Source: Octopus sinensis (lineage: Eukaryota). Taken from it: DNA of 64,000 nt. Positions 11,490-22,951 of the stretch are shown here, in pieces. Numbering within the stretch: position 1 is the stretch's first letter; every line of letters starts with the position of its first letter. The notes beneath the pieces were generated by a model that saw only the letters and a program-made list of their open reading frames with translations, was not told the origin of the DNA and searched no databases. Made by a program: the position numbers and the translations under genes. The stretch spans positions 3,534,001 through 3,598,000 of the forward strand of contig NC_043016.1 of the NCBI RefSeq assembly GCF_006345805.1. Reading direction: 5' to 3'.

Positions 11490-13380
11490 CTATGACACTG
11501 TGAAAGCTACTTAGGCAGTAAATTGTGTTGTTGATCGATAGTGTTTTCGGCACCACTCGTATCCAAGTTCGATTCATCAGGTGCCTCCATAATGCTTAAC
11601 ATTGACATGGCTCCGAATGCCAAGTGGGATATGGAACAGTCTCGAGTATTGATCGCATGGCAGGGTTGGTGGTGCTCTTGAAGTTGCCGGCCCTTGCGTT
11701 GATTTCTTTTCACACCTACTTCAGTCATAATCCCCTCCTCGAATGTCAAGCAACCGAACTGATTCGCTCCTCACCATGATGGAGAGTTGGCGGCTTCTGT
11801 TTTCAGGTCTTTTCGATACACGTTCTTGTCTCCAAGCGTAGACCAAGGTGAAGATGACAGCGGCGTGGAAGACGATGAGTTTTTTTTCCGGAGGGAGAAC
11901 CCGTGGTTGTTGAATGCGCGCTTGCTGAGTCTTGCGAAAGCTTAATGAGCGGATTGCTGCGATGGTCGATGTCTCTTTCGCATGCACTGGATAGTGAGAC
12001 TGTGCTGCTGAGATACTGAATTTCGTTCGCTTCCAGAGCTGTGCCCATATGTTGATGGTAACTTCCGGTATTTCTTGTCCATGAACAGACTGCGCAAGTA
12101 TTTTCGTTTTTCTGCATTCACTTCCATTCGAAAGCAGTAGTAGGCTTCGGAAACGAAAGTCAAACAGCGCTGGAAGTCGGCGATGAAAGAGGTTAGGGTG
12201 GTATTGACGTCTGTTTATTGGAGCTCCTTGACACTGTTATTCGATGTTCGAATCTTGGATCTGAGGCGCGCGTGGCTGAAGATTCCGCCGTCCAGGTGAT
12301 AGCGGATGTCAACATTAAAAGAGTCGCATGGGATCTCGTTGAGCATCGCCACCAAGTAGGTGGAGGACAGGTTTAGAGCTAGGACGTAGCCTTGATTCAG
12401 GAGATGAGGAATGGTTCGGAGAGTGCATTCTGCGTACAGGTGCGTCCTACCGTCATGAAGCGCGATGATGAGGCTAAACAAGTGATCGGGGGCATCAAAG
12501 AGACGGAGTACATGCCATGTTGCTGGTTAGGGAACTTTGTCGAAGGCTTTGTGAAAGTCTTAAAAAATGAAGAGGTGTGGTTGCTGCTGTTCACAAGCGT
12601 TTTTCTGGAATTGCCTCACAGAGATCATGTCAATCGTGTGTGTCCTCCGAAACTCGCATTGATTTTTCGATGACTTCTACAATATCCAGCAGACGATCCA
12701 GAAGAATTCTGGTGAAAACTTTGCCGGGAATGTCGTGTGCAACAGCAACCACACAGACCGTTGCACACAGACCAGTCTCTTTTCTGGAATGTGGTAATGA
12801 TTTTTGCGTTTTTGAAGTCATCCGGGACGGTCATAGTATCCAACATTTGCACCGTATATGAAGAGTTGCAGAGGGTATGTTGTCTGGATTGGGAGCTTTC
12901 CAGGTTTCGTTCGTTTGATGGCTTTCATAAATTCCTGGGAAGATTGGGGTAAGGGCCATCCATAGTTTGACACGTCGCTGCAGAGTGTTTCTCAAGAGGT
13001 CTTCTATGGTTTGAGAATTGTCATTCAGGAGAAGATGGAAATGTTATCTCCATCGATGCCCTCGATGCCCTTCTTCTGTGTGGAGGATTAGCCGTTAAAA
13101 TTTCACAAGGCACCAGCAGATGATTGATGGGGCCGAAAGTCACTCCTTGGTCCTTGCGTAAAAGCGATATTTATCTCCTTGGTCTGCACAGCCCTCGATT
13201 TCAACAGACTTCGCCTAGAGTTTCAAGGTTCTTAAAGGGCCTTCACAGCAAATGTAGTGGCGAGAGGTCAGCGAAGACACAATCGTACTTCAGTCTGCCA
13301 AGCAATCCTCTACTTTAGTGTTTCTCAGGATCTATGACTGAGACGTAGAAGTCGGATTTTGGATCCCATCAATAGTCTAC
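11490..13380 (-). mobile_element. Decayed RTE-clade (BovB-like) LINE
   Basis: Minus-strand fragments AKSVEIEGCADQGDKYRFY; VPDDFKNAKIITTFQK; IPGKVFTRILLDRLL; VDIRYHLDGGIFSHARLRSKIR..VKEL; KKLIVFHAAVIFTLVY match the RTE RT layout. Confidence 0.85.
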
Positions 13381-13586
13381 GGAGAACTGAAACAAATCGT
13401 AGTACAGGCGTACAGGTAGTTAACTATCTCTTAAGAACATTATACCATTATCTTCCGTGGAAACTGCTACTCTTTTGATTGCTACAAACAAAATATATAT
13501 ATAAAGAAATGAATAAAGAAATGAATAAATACATTATTCAATAAATGAATAAATTTAGCAGATGTTGATGATATATACAACGAAAC
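13174..13586 (+). repeat. Left arm of long inverted repeat (413 bp)
   Basis: Reverse complement of 15398-15798; about 5 substitutions and one 12-bp indel (AAAGAAATGAAT). Confidence 0.97.
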
Positions 13587-14099
13587 TCAGAGAAAAAAAA
13601 AACCCATCATTCTGTGTGCAACATTACTTCTGATTTTCTATTTATTATTCCCGAAGTGTAGTTATGTATATTATTTCTCAGTCTCACATAAATTGTACCG
13701 TTTTGGCTAAAGTTCTACGTAAAGAAAATGCTCAGTCATCACATTACGCTATAATTCTTTTACATAACTCCACGAGAAAATTGTCATCAGAATGAGCAAT
13801 GCCATCTGATAATCTTCCAGAGTGACCCTTTTGTAAGCAAGAATGTTATAACACGCTTGGTTAACCGTTTATCTCTTAGTTTGAGTAATCTTTATAGTTA
13901 AATACATATACAAATGGATATTAATAGCGATAAATTTAACATCGACTTTTTGTCGGGAAATGGGGAAACAATTTCTGATAAACGAGGAAAGTAATCAAAT
14001 CTATCTCTTTAAAAAACATTCTGTCCTTTATCCACGGTATTCTAATTTGCCTAAAGTGGCAAAAATACACATACCATGCAAAGTTGTGCGAATATATTT

Positions 14100-14183
14100 G
14101 CGAAAGACCCATGTGTGTGTGTGTGTGTGTGCGCGCATCCTAGTACGTGTATGTATGAGTGTGTGAATATGTGTGAGAGGGTG

Positions 14184-14225
<42 letters not shown>

Positions 14226-14481
14226 TATATATATATAAATATATTTGCATAAATATGTCACATACAAGTTAAACCGGAGTAGATATAGCATTCCAAACCA
14301 TATTCTGTTATATTGGCTTGTTATTTGGTTGTACACATCAGCAGATTGAAAAATGATTAAACTTTAAAAAATTGTAACACAAGACTGTAATAAGCACTTT
14401 TATGTTTTAGTACTACAAAATAAACAAAGACATTTTGTACCTGTGTATATACGTACATGAATACATACACACACAAACACG

Positions 14482-14512
<31 letters not shown>

Positions 14513-14529
14513 TTTATTTTTTTTATTTT

Positions 14530-14580
<51 letters not shown>

Positions 14581-14814
14581 ATATCATGTATGCGCACAAG
14601 TACTCAAGTATAAGAAAATATATGAATACCTATATGACTTGTATATATGTGGCCTATTCTTTCGTCTTATGTAGACATTTGTATATGTATACGATCATAT
14701 GTAAATACATTAGGAAAATACAAGTGCCAATTCTCACAATACCGTTCACATTGTATCATGTGAATTATACTGTATAATAGAATGCAATCAATACGCATAT
14801 ATTGTATATATATA

Positions 14815-14870
<56 letters not shown>

Positions 14871-15030
14871 TATATATATATCGTATATATATGTATATAT
14901 ATCTACATCTCTCTCTCTCTCTCTCTCTCGATATATATGTATGTATGTATATATGTATATATAGAAATAGTAATGCATACAGACATGAACACACACACAA
15001 CATCTGTACATAAGTGCATACATACATTGA
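14100..15030. repeat. Cluster of TG/CA/TA/TC microsatellites
   Basis: Direct reading. Confidence 0.85.
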
Positions 15031-15397
15031 GACGGAAATGAAATCCCATTGAATTCCGTACGTACATTGAAACAAATAGTTTGATGTATTCTTTTTATTA
15101 TTTTATATTTTCCGAAACTGAATTAGTACAGTTGATAAAATCTTGCACACTTTAGCTCATATTGCAATGTAAGGGTGTGGAAAACTGTGAAGATATTTAA
15201 GAGTTTAGCAAATTTGACAAATCTCTCTGTGAAACTTACTCAGGTTATTTTACTTATTCAAATTTTCTGATTTTATTTTTATATTTATACGTCCAGTGTC
15301 AGTAAGAAACATATTATCAAGTTCTGCCTATAAAGTACTAACCTTATTTATTGTAACAACTTCTGAAGCTAATAATATATTATTTATTTAGGTATAT

Positions 15398-15798
15398 GTT
15401 TCGTTGTATATATCATCAACATCTGCTAAATTTATTCATTTATTGAATAATGTATTTATTCATTTCTTTATATATATATTTTGTTTGTAGCAATCAAAAG
15501 AGTAGCAGTTTCCACGTAAGATAATGGTATAATATTCTTAAGAGATAGTTAACTACCTGTACGCCTGTACTACAATTTGTTTCAGTTCTCCGTAGACTAT
15601 TGATGGGATCCAAAATCCGACTTCTACGTCTCAGTCATAGATCCTGAGAAACACTAAAGTAGAGGATTGCTTGGCAGACTGAAGTACGATTGTGTCTTCG
15701 CTGACCTCTCGCCACTACATTTGCTGTGAAGGCCCTTTAAGAACCTTGAAACTCTAGGCGAAGTCTGCTGAAATCGAGGGCTGCGCAGACCAAGGAGA
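15398..15798 (-). repeat. Right arm of long inverted repeat (401 bp)
   Basis: Reverse complement of 13174-13586. Confidence 0.97.
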
Positions 15799-16339
15799 CA
15801 AGTGAGCTCCGGCCATTTTTATGATGTGTCGTTTCTAAATTGATTTTTGCAGTAGTTCATCTCATTTATTTCATATTAAGTATTGGAAAAAAGCACTTTA
15901 ATTTTATTATAAAGCACCAGAATATTTTCCCATTATTTACCAAAACAAATGTGTACTACATTGCACCAAAAGAATCGCGAAAAATAAACTCAAAATAATT
16001 GATGGCATCTAGCTCAGTAATTGTATGAGAGAGACGACACTTTGAAGTAGATCTGTAATGGAAGTTGTTGCAGTGGTCTTCGTGACCGAGCAATATGCAT
16101 GTCGGGCAAATAAGATCACTCGAATGTTCCGATTTCAATCCCCTGATAAAGTAGCATTTCAAAACAGGAGGTTACCTAGACCTCATAACTTAGGTAGGCC
16201 CAGTTGTCTTATAGGGTCATGTACTGTCGGGCCGAGACATTTTCTTAATGGGAATACTTCCTCTGAAGATTCCACCACACGCGCAGCGATTACACTTACC
16301 AGAATAATTCAGCGGCATTGGATAATTAATAATTAATTA

Positions 16340-17430
16340 TGTTTAAAAAAGCAATCAATCTTCAAAAGATCCGCTTATATGATTTTATTTTTTGCAATTT
16401 ATAGCTTCACAGTGACACTGATGATTCCAGCAATGTTTCCATACCATGATACACATTCTCTATAACATTTATATATTGAATCTCTCCTTTTTTCCTCACT
16501 GAAATCCTGTAGAGATTTTTCTAGGTAGCAATAGAGAAAGAGTACGTTTATGTTCGTATAAGCAGCCTTTTTTTAAAAATGTAATTGAGCATCCTTTCCA
16601 CAATCATTCATTACCAGCTGTCTTGTGATTACCCAAGAAACTTTTAATAACTGTGAGAAAAATACGCTAAGAAGAATCTTCAACATAATTTACACATTTT
16701 GGTAAAGTGGAATCTATGATGAGTTTACAAATATGAGCAAATGTAAATATTCCATTTTGTGATTTTCAGTACTTAAGTACAAGAACGATACTTAAATGTA
16801 CTTGAACAATAAATTTTGTCCTAATCTTTAACAAACTTCTCCACCAGCTCGACACGAAGAGAGGGAAGAATGATAAATTCTCTTTGAACTGGTGATTTGT
16901 TAATGATGTTCGTTGTCCATATAGTCATTGTCTTCTTTCAAGTTCATATGGCTTTTTACCTACTGTCTTTGCTTTGTTCCAACTACTCCAATAAGCGTGC
17001 AAAACAGAGGTATTTCGAAGAATTACTTTTCTCTTTGTTTTTTATTTATTGCCAAAGGGTTCCCACACAGACTTGGTATGAATTGTGGGGAATCAACGAT
17101 TTATCCTGATCTTTAAACATTATTCCAAAACTGGAAAGATATGCTTCTTTTACAAAAATCCGTGATATAATTTCTTTACTTTTCTATAGTATATTCGTCA
17201 AAGACGTAGCAAGTTTGCTGCATTTGGTTTGTTCAAAGAAGTTGTTCGCGTTGAACTCATTTAATTCTATATGCCATGAAAAATAATTTAAAAAATCAAT
17301 TGTTTTATCAAACAGACAATTTTAAAGTTACGTTTGCAATAAAAATGATCTAAATGGAAAAGTAGGCAAGTAAGTTATGTAGATAAAAGCACTGTTGTAT
17401 ATATCAACATATAAGTCGGTAAACTTCAGT
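16340..17430 (-). mobile_element. Decayed, internally deleted Chapaev3-like (CMC) DNA transposon
   Basis: Manual minus-strand translation: MSSTRTTSLNKPN..CYVFDEYTIEK; FVKEAYLSSFGIMFKDQDKSLIPHNSYQVC (Chapa zinc-finger region); NIINKSPVQREFIILPSLRVEL..FVK; VIKSFLGNHK; DFSEEKGERFN. TIRs not identified; family name is from recalled motifs. Confidence 0.7.
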
Positions 17431-18059
17431 GATTAAGTGGTATCATCAAATATGGCATTCTCAGATGAACATCCTTATCTGACCGGGTTATCTATTTGCC
17501 AAGTATTATGAGTGACTTACGTTAACGTCTAACTAACATTGTAATCTTAGGAATAATCATTCTATACAGCACCGTACAAAATCTTTGGCCACTTTAAACT
17601 GTTGTTAATTTCTACTAATTACCAACTTTAAAGTGGATGTTTCGCATTGCGTCTTTCTCAGATGAAACACTGGCCCTGCTGAAATCATTTTCATACCTAA
17701 TAATCATATTTTGTAGTAGGGGTTCTGATCGAGAGGGTAAGATGCGAGACGACCACCAAAAATGGCCGTGCAAAAGTTTTCGGCCACCTCACATAAACCA
17801 GTCTAGATACAGTGTTTCAAAACAGAAACATGTCTATAATGAAAATTTATTACATAATGTTCATTTCAAGAAGTTACTGTTCATAGTTTATATTTCGCGT
17901 GGTTTCCCTTAGCTTGTATAATTACTTCAATGCACATGGAAAAATACTTTTTATATGTCCTTAAAGCATTAGACTTTCACTACGAAACTTCGCTATTTTT
18001 CGTTGTTTAACGTGGGTCATTTCGCTTTACTGGAGGCCTGATAAATTCTCGCTTATTAG

Positions 18060-18534
18060 AAAGCGAAATGACCCGCGTCACACGACGAAAACAGTGAATT
18101 TTAGTTGTAAGAGTCTAATACTTTAAGGATACATAAAAAGTGATGGTTCAAGAAAGTTGCCTAAAATTGAAGGTAACTTGTGTAGTGCTAAATACATCCA
18201 GTTGATGAAGGGCAATTTGATAACAGACTTGGATGAAGGTGAGATTTTTCAGCTTGACGGAGCTCCATGCTACAGATCGCGTGCAACATAACAGAGTTTG
18301 GATGATGAAGGTGTTACCTTATTAAAATATTGGCCAGTTCAGAGTCCTGACTTAAATTTCATCAAGCATATATGGACAAAACTAAAGAAGAGAGTTCGTC
18401 AGAAGAATCCACGCAGTCTTAAAGGGTTGTGGGAGCTCAGATATAGAGAATGGCAACTCATATCTGTGAAGATAGTGAAAGATTTGTATGCATCTCTTCC
18501 CATAGAAGCTAAGAGACGGCACACGAAATATTAA
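18060..18534 (+). pseudogene. Tc1 transposase catalytic C-terminal remnant
   Basis: DPRHTTKTVNF..GYIKSDGSRKL..IEGN..FQLDGAPCYRS..WPVQSPDLNFIKHIW..TKY*, as in the Tc1 DD34E region; N-terminal DNA-binding domain absent. Confidence 0.88.
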
Positions 18535-18565
18535 CAATGTACAGTAACTTCTTGAAATGAATATT

Positions 18566-18766
18566 CTTTTCCACTCTAGGCACAAGGCCCTACAATTTGC
18601 GGGAGGGTGCCAGACGATTAGATCGACCCCAATACGCAATTGATCGACCACGAAAGGATGAAAGGCAAAGTCGATCTCGGCGGACTTTGAACTCAGAACG
18701 TTGCGGCAGACGAAATAACGCTAAGCCTTTCGCCCGGTGTGCTAACAATTCTACCAGCTTGTCGCA
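18566..18766 (-). mobile_element. tRNA-derived SINE, family B, with 17-bp TSD
   Basis: Head GCTGGTAGAATTGTTAGCAC..TTCTGAGTTCAAAGTCCGCCGAG; TSD TTCTTGAAATGAATATT at 18549-18565 and 18767-18783. Confidence 0.92.
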
Positions 18767-19799
18767 TTCTTGAAATGAATATTATGTAATAAATTTTTAT
18801 TATAGACATTTTTCTGTTTTGAAACACTGTATCTAGACTGGTTTATGTGGGGTGGCCGAAAACTTTTGCACGGTCATTTTTGGTGGTCGTCTTGCATCTC
18901 TCATTCAGAACCCCTGTTACAAAATATAATGATTAGGTATGGAAATGACCCCAACAGGGTCAATATATAATCTGTAAAACACGCAATACGAAACAACATC
19001 CACTTATATGTTGGTAATTTGTAGAAATTTACAATAGTTTAAAGTGGCCAAAGACTTTTGCACGGTGTTGTATTGTATTGGAGCAAGATTATTTGAAGAG
19101 AATCCAAAATTTCAATAATTAGTGTGTATCAAGTAAAACTGATTTCATTTTCCTATTCAGAACACATAAATTGCCGTAAATACAATCGAATATTGTTGAC
19201 GATTAAAAATCAGAACTAAATTATATTGCTCAGTAGTAACATGCACAGCAGATAGGCAAAACACTGCCACTTTATTTATGAGTGTTTCCTAAAGTAGGTA
19301 TGATTGTATAAATAATATGTGTGTGTGTTCACGCGCACGTATGCGTACATGTGTGTGTGTGTATTATGTGTGTATGTATGTATGTATGTATGTATGTATG
19401 TATGTATGTATGTATGTATGTATGTGTGTGCGTGTCTGTGTGTATTAAGCGAGCGTGTTGAATAGAATTATCACTAAAGTAAATAATACATATATTTATA
19501 CAGGCAGATACAGTCATAACTTTACAACATACATATATTAGTTCTATGGCCATACATACGTAAACACGCATTCACACACACACACACACACACATAAACA
19601 CACTACTTCCGCATCTGAATAGAAAATAAAGAAATAAGGTTTACACCCTAATCTTGGTTTAGAGGATATATTTCAGCTTGTTGATAGATTCGTAAAACAC
19701 GAAACGTCATTTTACCTCAGTATTTCATTTATTGATACTGGTTTAGACAATTTAAACAACCAGTCACATATATGGACGAATGCAATACTGTCACGCTCA

Positions 19800-19978
19800 T
19801 GCAAGTAGACAAACAAACACACACATATACAGCCAGCTTCTTTCAGTTTCCGTCTATCAAATCCGCCCACAAAGCCCGAGGCTGTAGTAGAAGACACTTG
19901 CCCAAGGTGTTACGCAATGAGACTGAATCCGGAACCATGTGGTTGGCTACCAAACTTCTCACCACTCAGTCACATCTG
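19800..19978 (-). mobile_element. SINE family A head and body fragment
   Basis: Reverse complement of GTGACTGAGTGGTGAG..CCACATGGTTCCGG..CCTTGGGCAAGTGTCTTCTAC..GACGGAAACTGAAAGAAG. Confidence 0.85.
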
Positions 19979-20019
19979 TGGATGGTAGTAGTGATTGAAT
20001 TCCTGAAACATCTCTTTTG

Positions 20020-22655
20020 AATGTTTTGTTTATAAAATACGCGTTGGTATTATTCTAAACATCAATAGTGGTAAAGTCAGGATGGAAGTGGCGGAGAGGA
20101 AGGAGACGAAGAAGAAGGAGAAAGAGAAGGGAGAATAAGAGGGAATGTAGGTAGTATGAAAGTAGTAAGGTGTTAAATGGTCAAGTGATCTAAAATTGGC
20201 TCGTTATGGATTCTAGCAGTGATTGGGACTGTTTTTTAATGAATTCTTGGGAATCTCTCGAGTGTATCATTTTTAATATTTGCGTGTGTATTTGTGTTAT
20301 TCGAAGGCCGAGGTGGATATGTCGTTTGTTGTAGACGCGTTCAAAAGGGGGTCTGTATTTTGTAATAAAGAGCGTCTCTTTACTAATTCGTTGGCTACGG
20401 CTTGTATCGTCCCTGAACTGGTAGAGGGGGAAAATTCTGAAGCTTGGATTTTAGTTATTGACGCAAATGTCAATGATATTGAATGATATTTTTCTATTTT
20501 GGGGAATTTTGATCTGGGATCTGTGCAGAGCCATTCTTTTACGTAGATTATTTTTTGTTTGGCTATTGTATTGCTCTTGACACCCAGAGCAGGTTAGTGC
20601 GAATATCAGGTTCTCCGAAGCACATGTGAATTTGCTTTTCACTGTGAAACTTTGTTCCTGTTTGAAGGAGAACTCTGATCCCCCAATTAAATTGACGCAT
20701 ATTCTACTGTTGGGTCATCTGCATTTTTTTTACTGACGGCTTCTGTGTTGTTGTTGAGCGTATTTGGGCTTGTGTTAGGAGACTTTTCTTCATAGATTTG
20801 GGCTGTCTCTTGCTTTTTATGACGGTGTGTGTTTGGAGGATTAAGTTCATTCTGTGATCCTTTTTTAGCAGGGGAATGTTTTGAAAGATGGTGTCGAAGG
20901 CTTCATTGTTGAGAGGGTTGTATGTGGAGATGTATGGTAGGGCTTTTGATTGTAAAGCCTTCTTTAATTTGGGATGTCTGAGTTCCTGGATCTTGAGTTG
21001 AAGGGCACGTTGAAAGTATGTCAATTAGTGAAGGTGGGTAGTAATGCATATGTCAATTAATGAAGTTGGGGGATATTGGAATAGAGGTTAACTACATCGA
21101 AGGATACTAGTAGGGTGTTTTTGTTTACTGTTTCAGGAAGGTGATTGAGCATATCCTGGTCATCCCTTATATAGCATTTCACATGCTTGAGGAATGGTTT
21201 TAAGAGGGTATCTAAAAGGTTAGTGAGTCGGTGGTTTTCGCATGCGGGACCTGTTATTTTAGGTCTCAATTTGAGGTCATTAGGAGTAGGGACTTTGATT
21301 ATTATGTCTGTGGCTATCTTGCATGCGTTACTTATTTTCTCACTTTTGTGTATCTTAGGAATATCGTAGAATTGGCTGGTTTTACTTTTGAAATTGGTCA
21401 TATAGTCATATTCTTTGTCGGTGACCCCTTTTTTGTATGGGTTTAACATGGATTTTAGGTCTCTCATTATTTTCTGTTGACTATAATGTTGGGCCTTTTC
21501 ATAATATATTGTGTTTTTCAATATTGATAGTACTAGAGTTACATAGAATACCGTGTCCATTAAGACAACTGCACTATCTTTATCAGTCTCTTTGATTGTT
21601 ATTGTTTTATCACCTTTTCATTTGTTCAGCTCAGCCCATTCTTTTTTGCTGAAGTTTGGTTTGTGTTTTTGTTTGTGCATATGTTGATATGGGTAATTCG
21701 AGATGTGTTTACAGAAATAATCAAGTGTTTTGTTCTTACATTTTGAGGATGTTTAGTTACTTCTATTTCGGACCAACGATTCATCCTCGTTGTATTTGTC
21801 ATATAGTTCCTCAGCGAGTCGTATTTTTCTACAGAATTCCGCGATGTCTTCTTTCATTTCATTGTAGTTGGGGGCGTTGTGGGGTGGGTGTAAACTTGAG
21901 CCCTTTGGTGAGTATATTGATTTGGTTTGCTGTTAGTTCATTGTGAGTTAGATTGATAATTTTTATCACTTTTTGGTTTCCTCCTGCCAGTTTGGTGCTA
22001 TCTTGTGTCCCTATGTTTGCATATTGGGTCTAAAAAATGATTGCGGTGGTTGGGACGGTAGCCATTATGTAGTTGTTCCTTGTTGCGGGGTGCCCTGATG
22101 TGATTTATGGCGTGGGTTCTTGGAACGTTATTGAAAAGTGTATCCTGATATCCCACGTTCGGATGTGGTATTTTAGAGGCCCGTCGCTGCTAATCATTTC
22201 GTTGGTTACTCCTTATGAGAGGAGGAGGTTGTTGCGTCTATCTTGTGGGTAGAGCACTCCCGATATTGTATCGACGGTGGCTTATAATGTTATGGTTAGG
22301 TCCTGTATTCTTTTTTTGGTAGGGTGATGGTTCAGATTTTTAGACAGGTGTGAATCAGTGTTTCAGTGTTTTGATTTTCTTATTTTCAGGAAAGGGTTGT
22401 TGGAAGCATGCTCTGTTTGAAAAATGGTTTCATAGTTTGAGAAACAAGTGGCGATTTTCTCCCAGCGCTGGAGTGATTTCAATGTTTCTTTATCGCAATG
22501 TCCTCTTTCCATAGTTTTGAGATCTTCTCTTGATCAGGGCGTTGGGTGATTTTGCGAACTTCTTGGTTGATCTCTTCATCGGTGGATCTCTTCATCAATG
22601 GTCAACTTTCGGGGCAGTTGACCATTCAAAATACTACTGTCATGGAACTCTCGCG

Positions 22656-22657
<2 letters not shown>
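20020..22657 (-). mobile_element. Decayed Penelope-like element (Neptune-like GIY-YIG with CxxC), RT core deleted
   Basis: TIKETDKDSAVVLMD; FYDIPKIHK..LRPKITGP..LVSFDVVNLYSNIP (21057-21560); then directly LPYISTYNP..KRQPK (20704-21024); FTCASENLIFALTCSGCQEQY..T..LRKRMALHRS (20451-20642); KETLFITKYRPLLN. Confidence 0.88.
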
Positions 22658-22687
<30 letters not shown>

Positions 22688-22745
22688 CTTCTTCTTCTTC
22701 TTCTTCTTCTTCTTCTTCTTCTTCTTCTTCTTCTTCTTCTTCTTC
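22658..22745. repeat. (CTT)n perfect microsatellite, about 29 units
   Basis: Direct reading. Confidence 0.97.
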
Positions 22746-22908
22746 TCTACCAAGAATTCACATCGACCTCGAACCCACAAGAGTAAACAAGAGAGAGAGA
22801 AAGAAACAGGCAGAAGCAAGGAAAATGCCCCTTGTATTTGAACACTATGCAAATATTCTTTAAAAAAAAACTTTTCTTTAATTTTTCTCAAATTCAATTT
22901 TTTCCATA

Positions 22909-22951
22909 ATTACAGTTGAAAAGTCTCAACGTCTGAAACCGGTACTGAAAT
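22909..22951 (+). ncRNA. Minimal type I hammerhead-like motif with U3-A8 variant core
   Basis: Stem I AUU-A-CAG/CUG-A-AAU; UUGAAAA (22916-22); GAAA (22935-38); palindromic ACCGGU; H17=A22944. Confidence 0.55.

Larger units (their letters stand above)
17567..19070 (+). mobile_element. Tc1-family DNA transposon, IR/DR type, internally deleted
   Basis: TA at both ends (17565-66, 19071-72); about 320-bp TIRs (17567-17888; 18533-19070 interrupted by a SINE), each with outer and inner CCGT(G/A)CAAAA..TTT(C)GGCCAC direct repeats. Confidence 0.92.

Noticed and set aside
13174-15798. Interpretation as a 2.6-kb TIR transposon or MITE
   Set aside because: The left arm is continuous with RTE coding sequence beyond its outer edge; no TSD seen; the spacer has no transposase.
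16058-16336. 92-aa plus ORF and a minus-strand GTAAGT donor at about 16294-99
   Set aside because: No homology recognised; the donor abuts the Chapaev remnant and has no matching acceptor.
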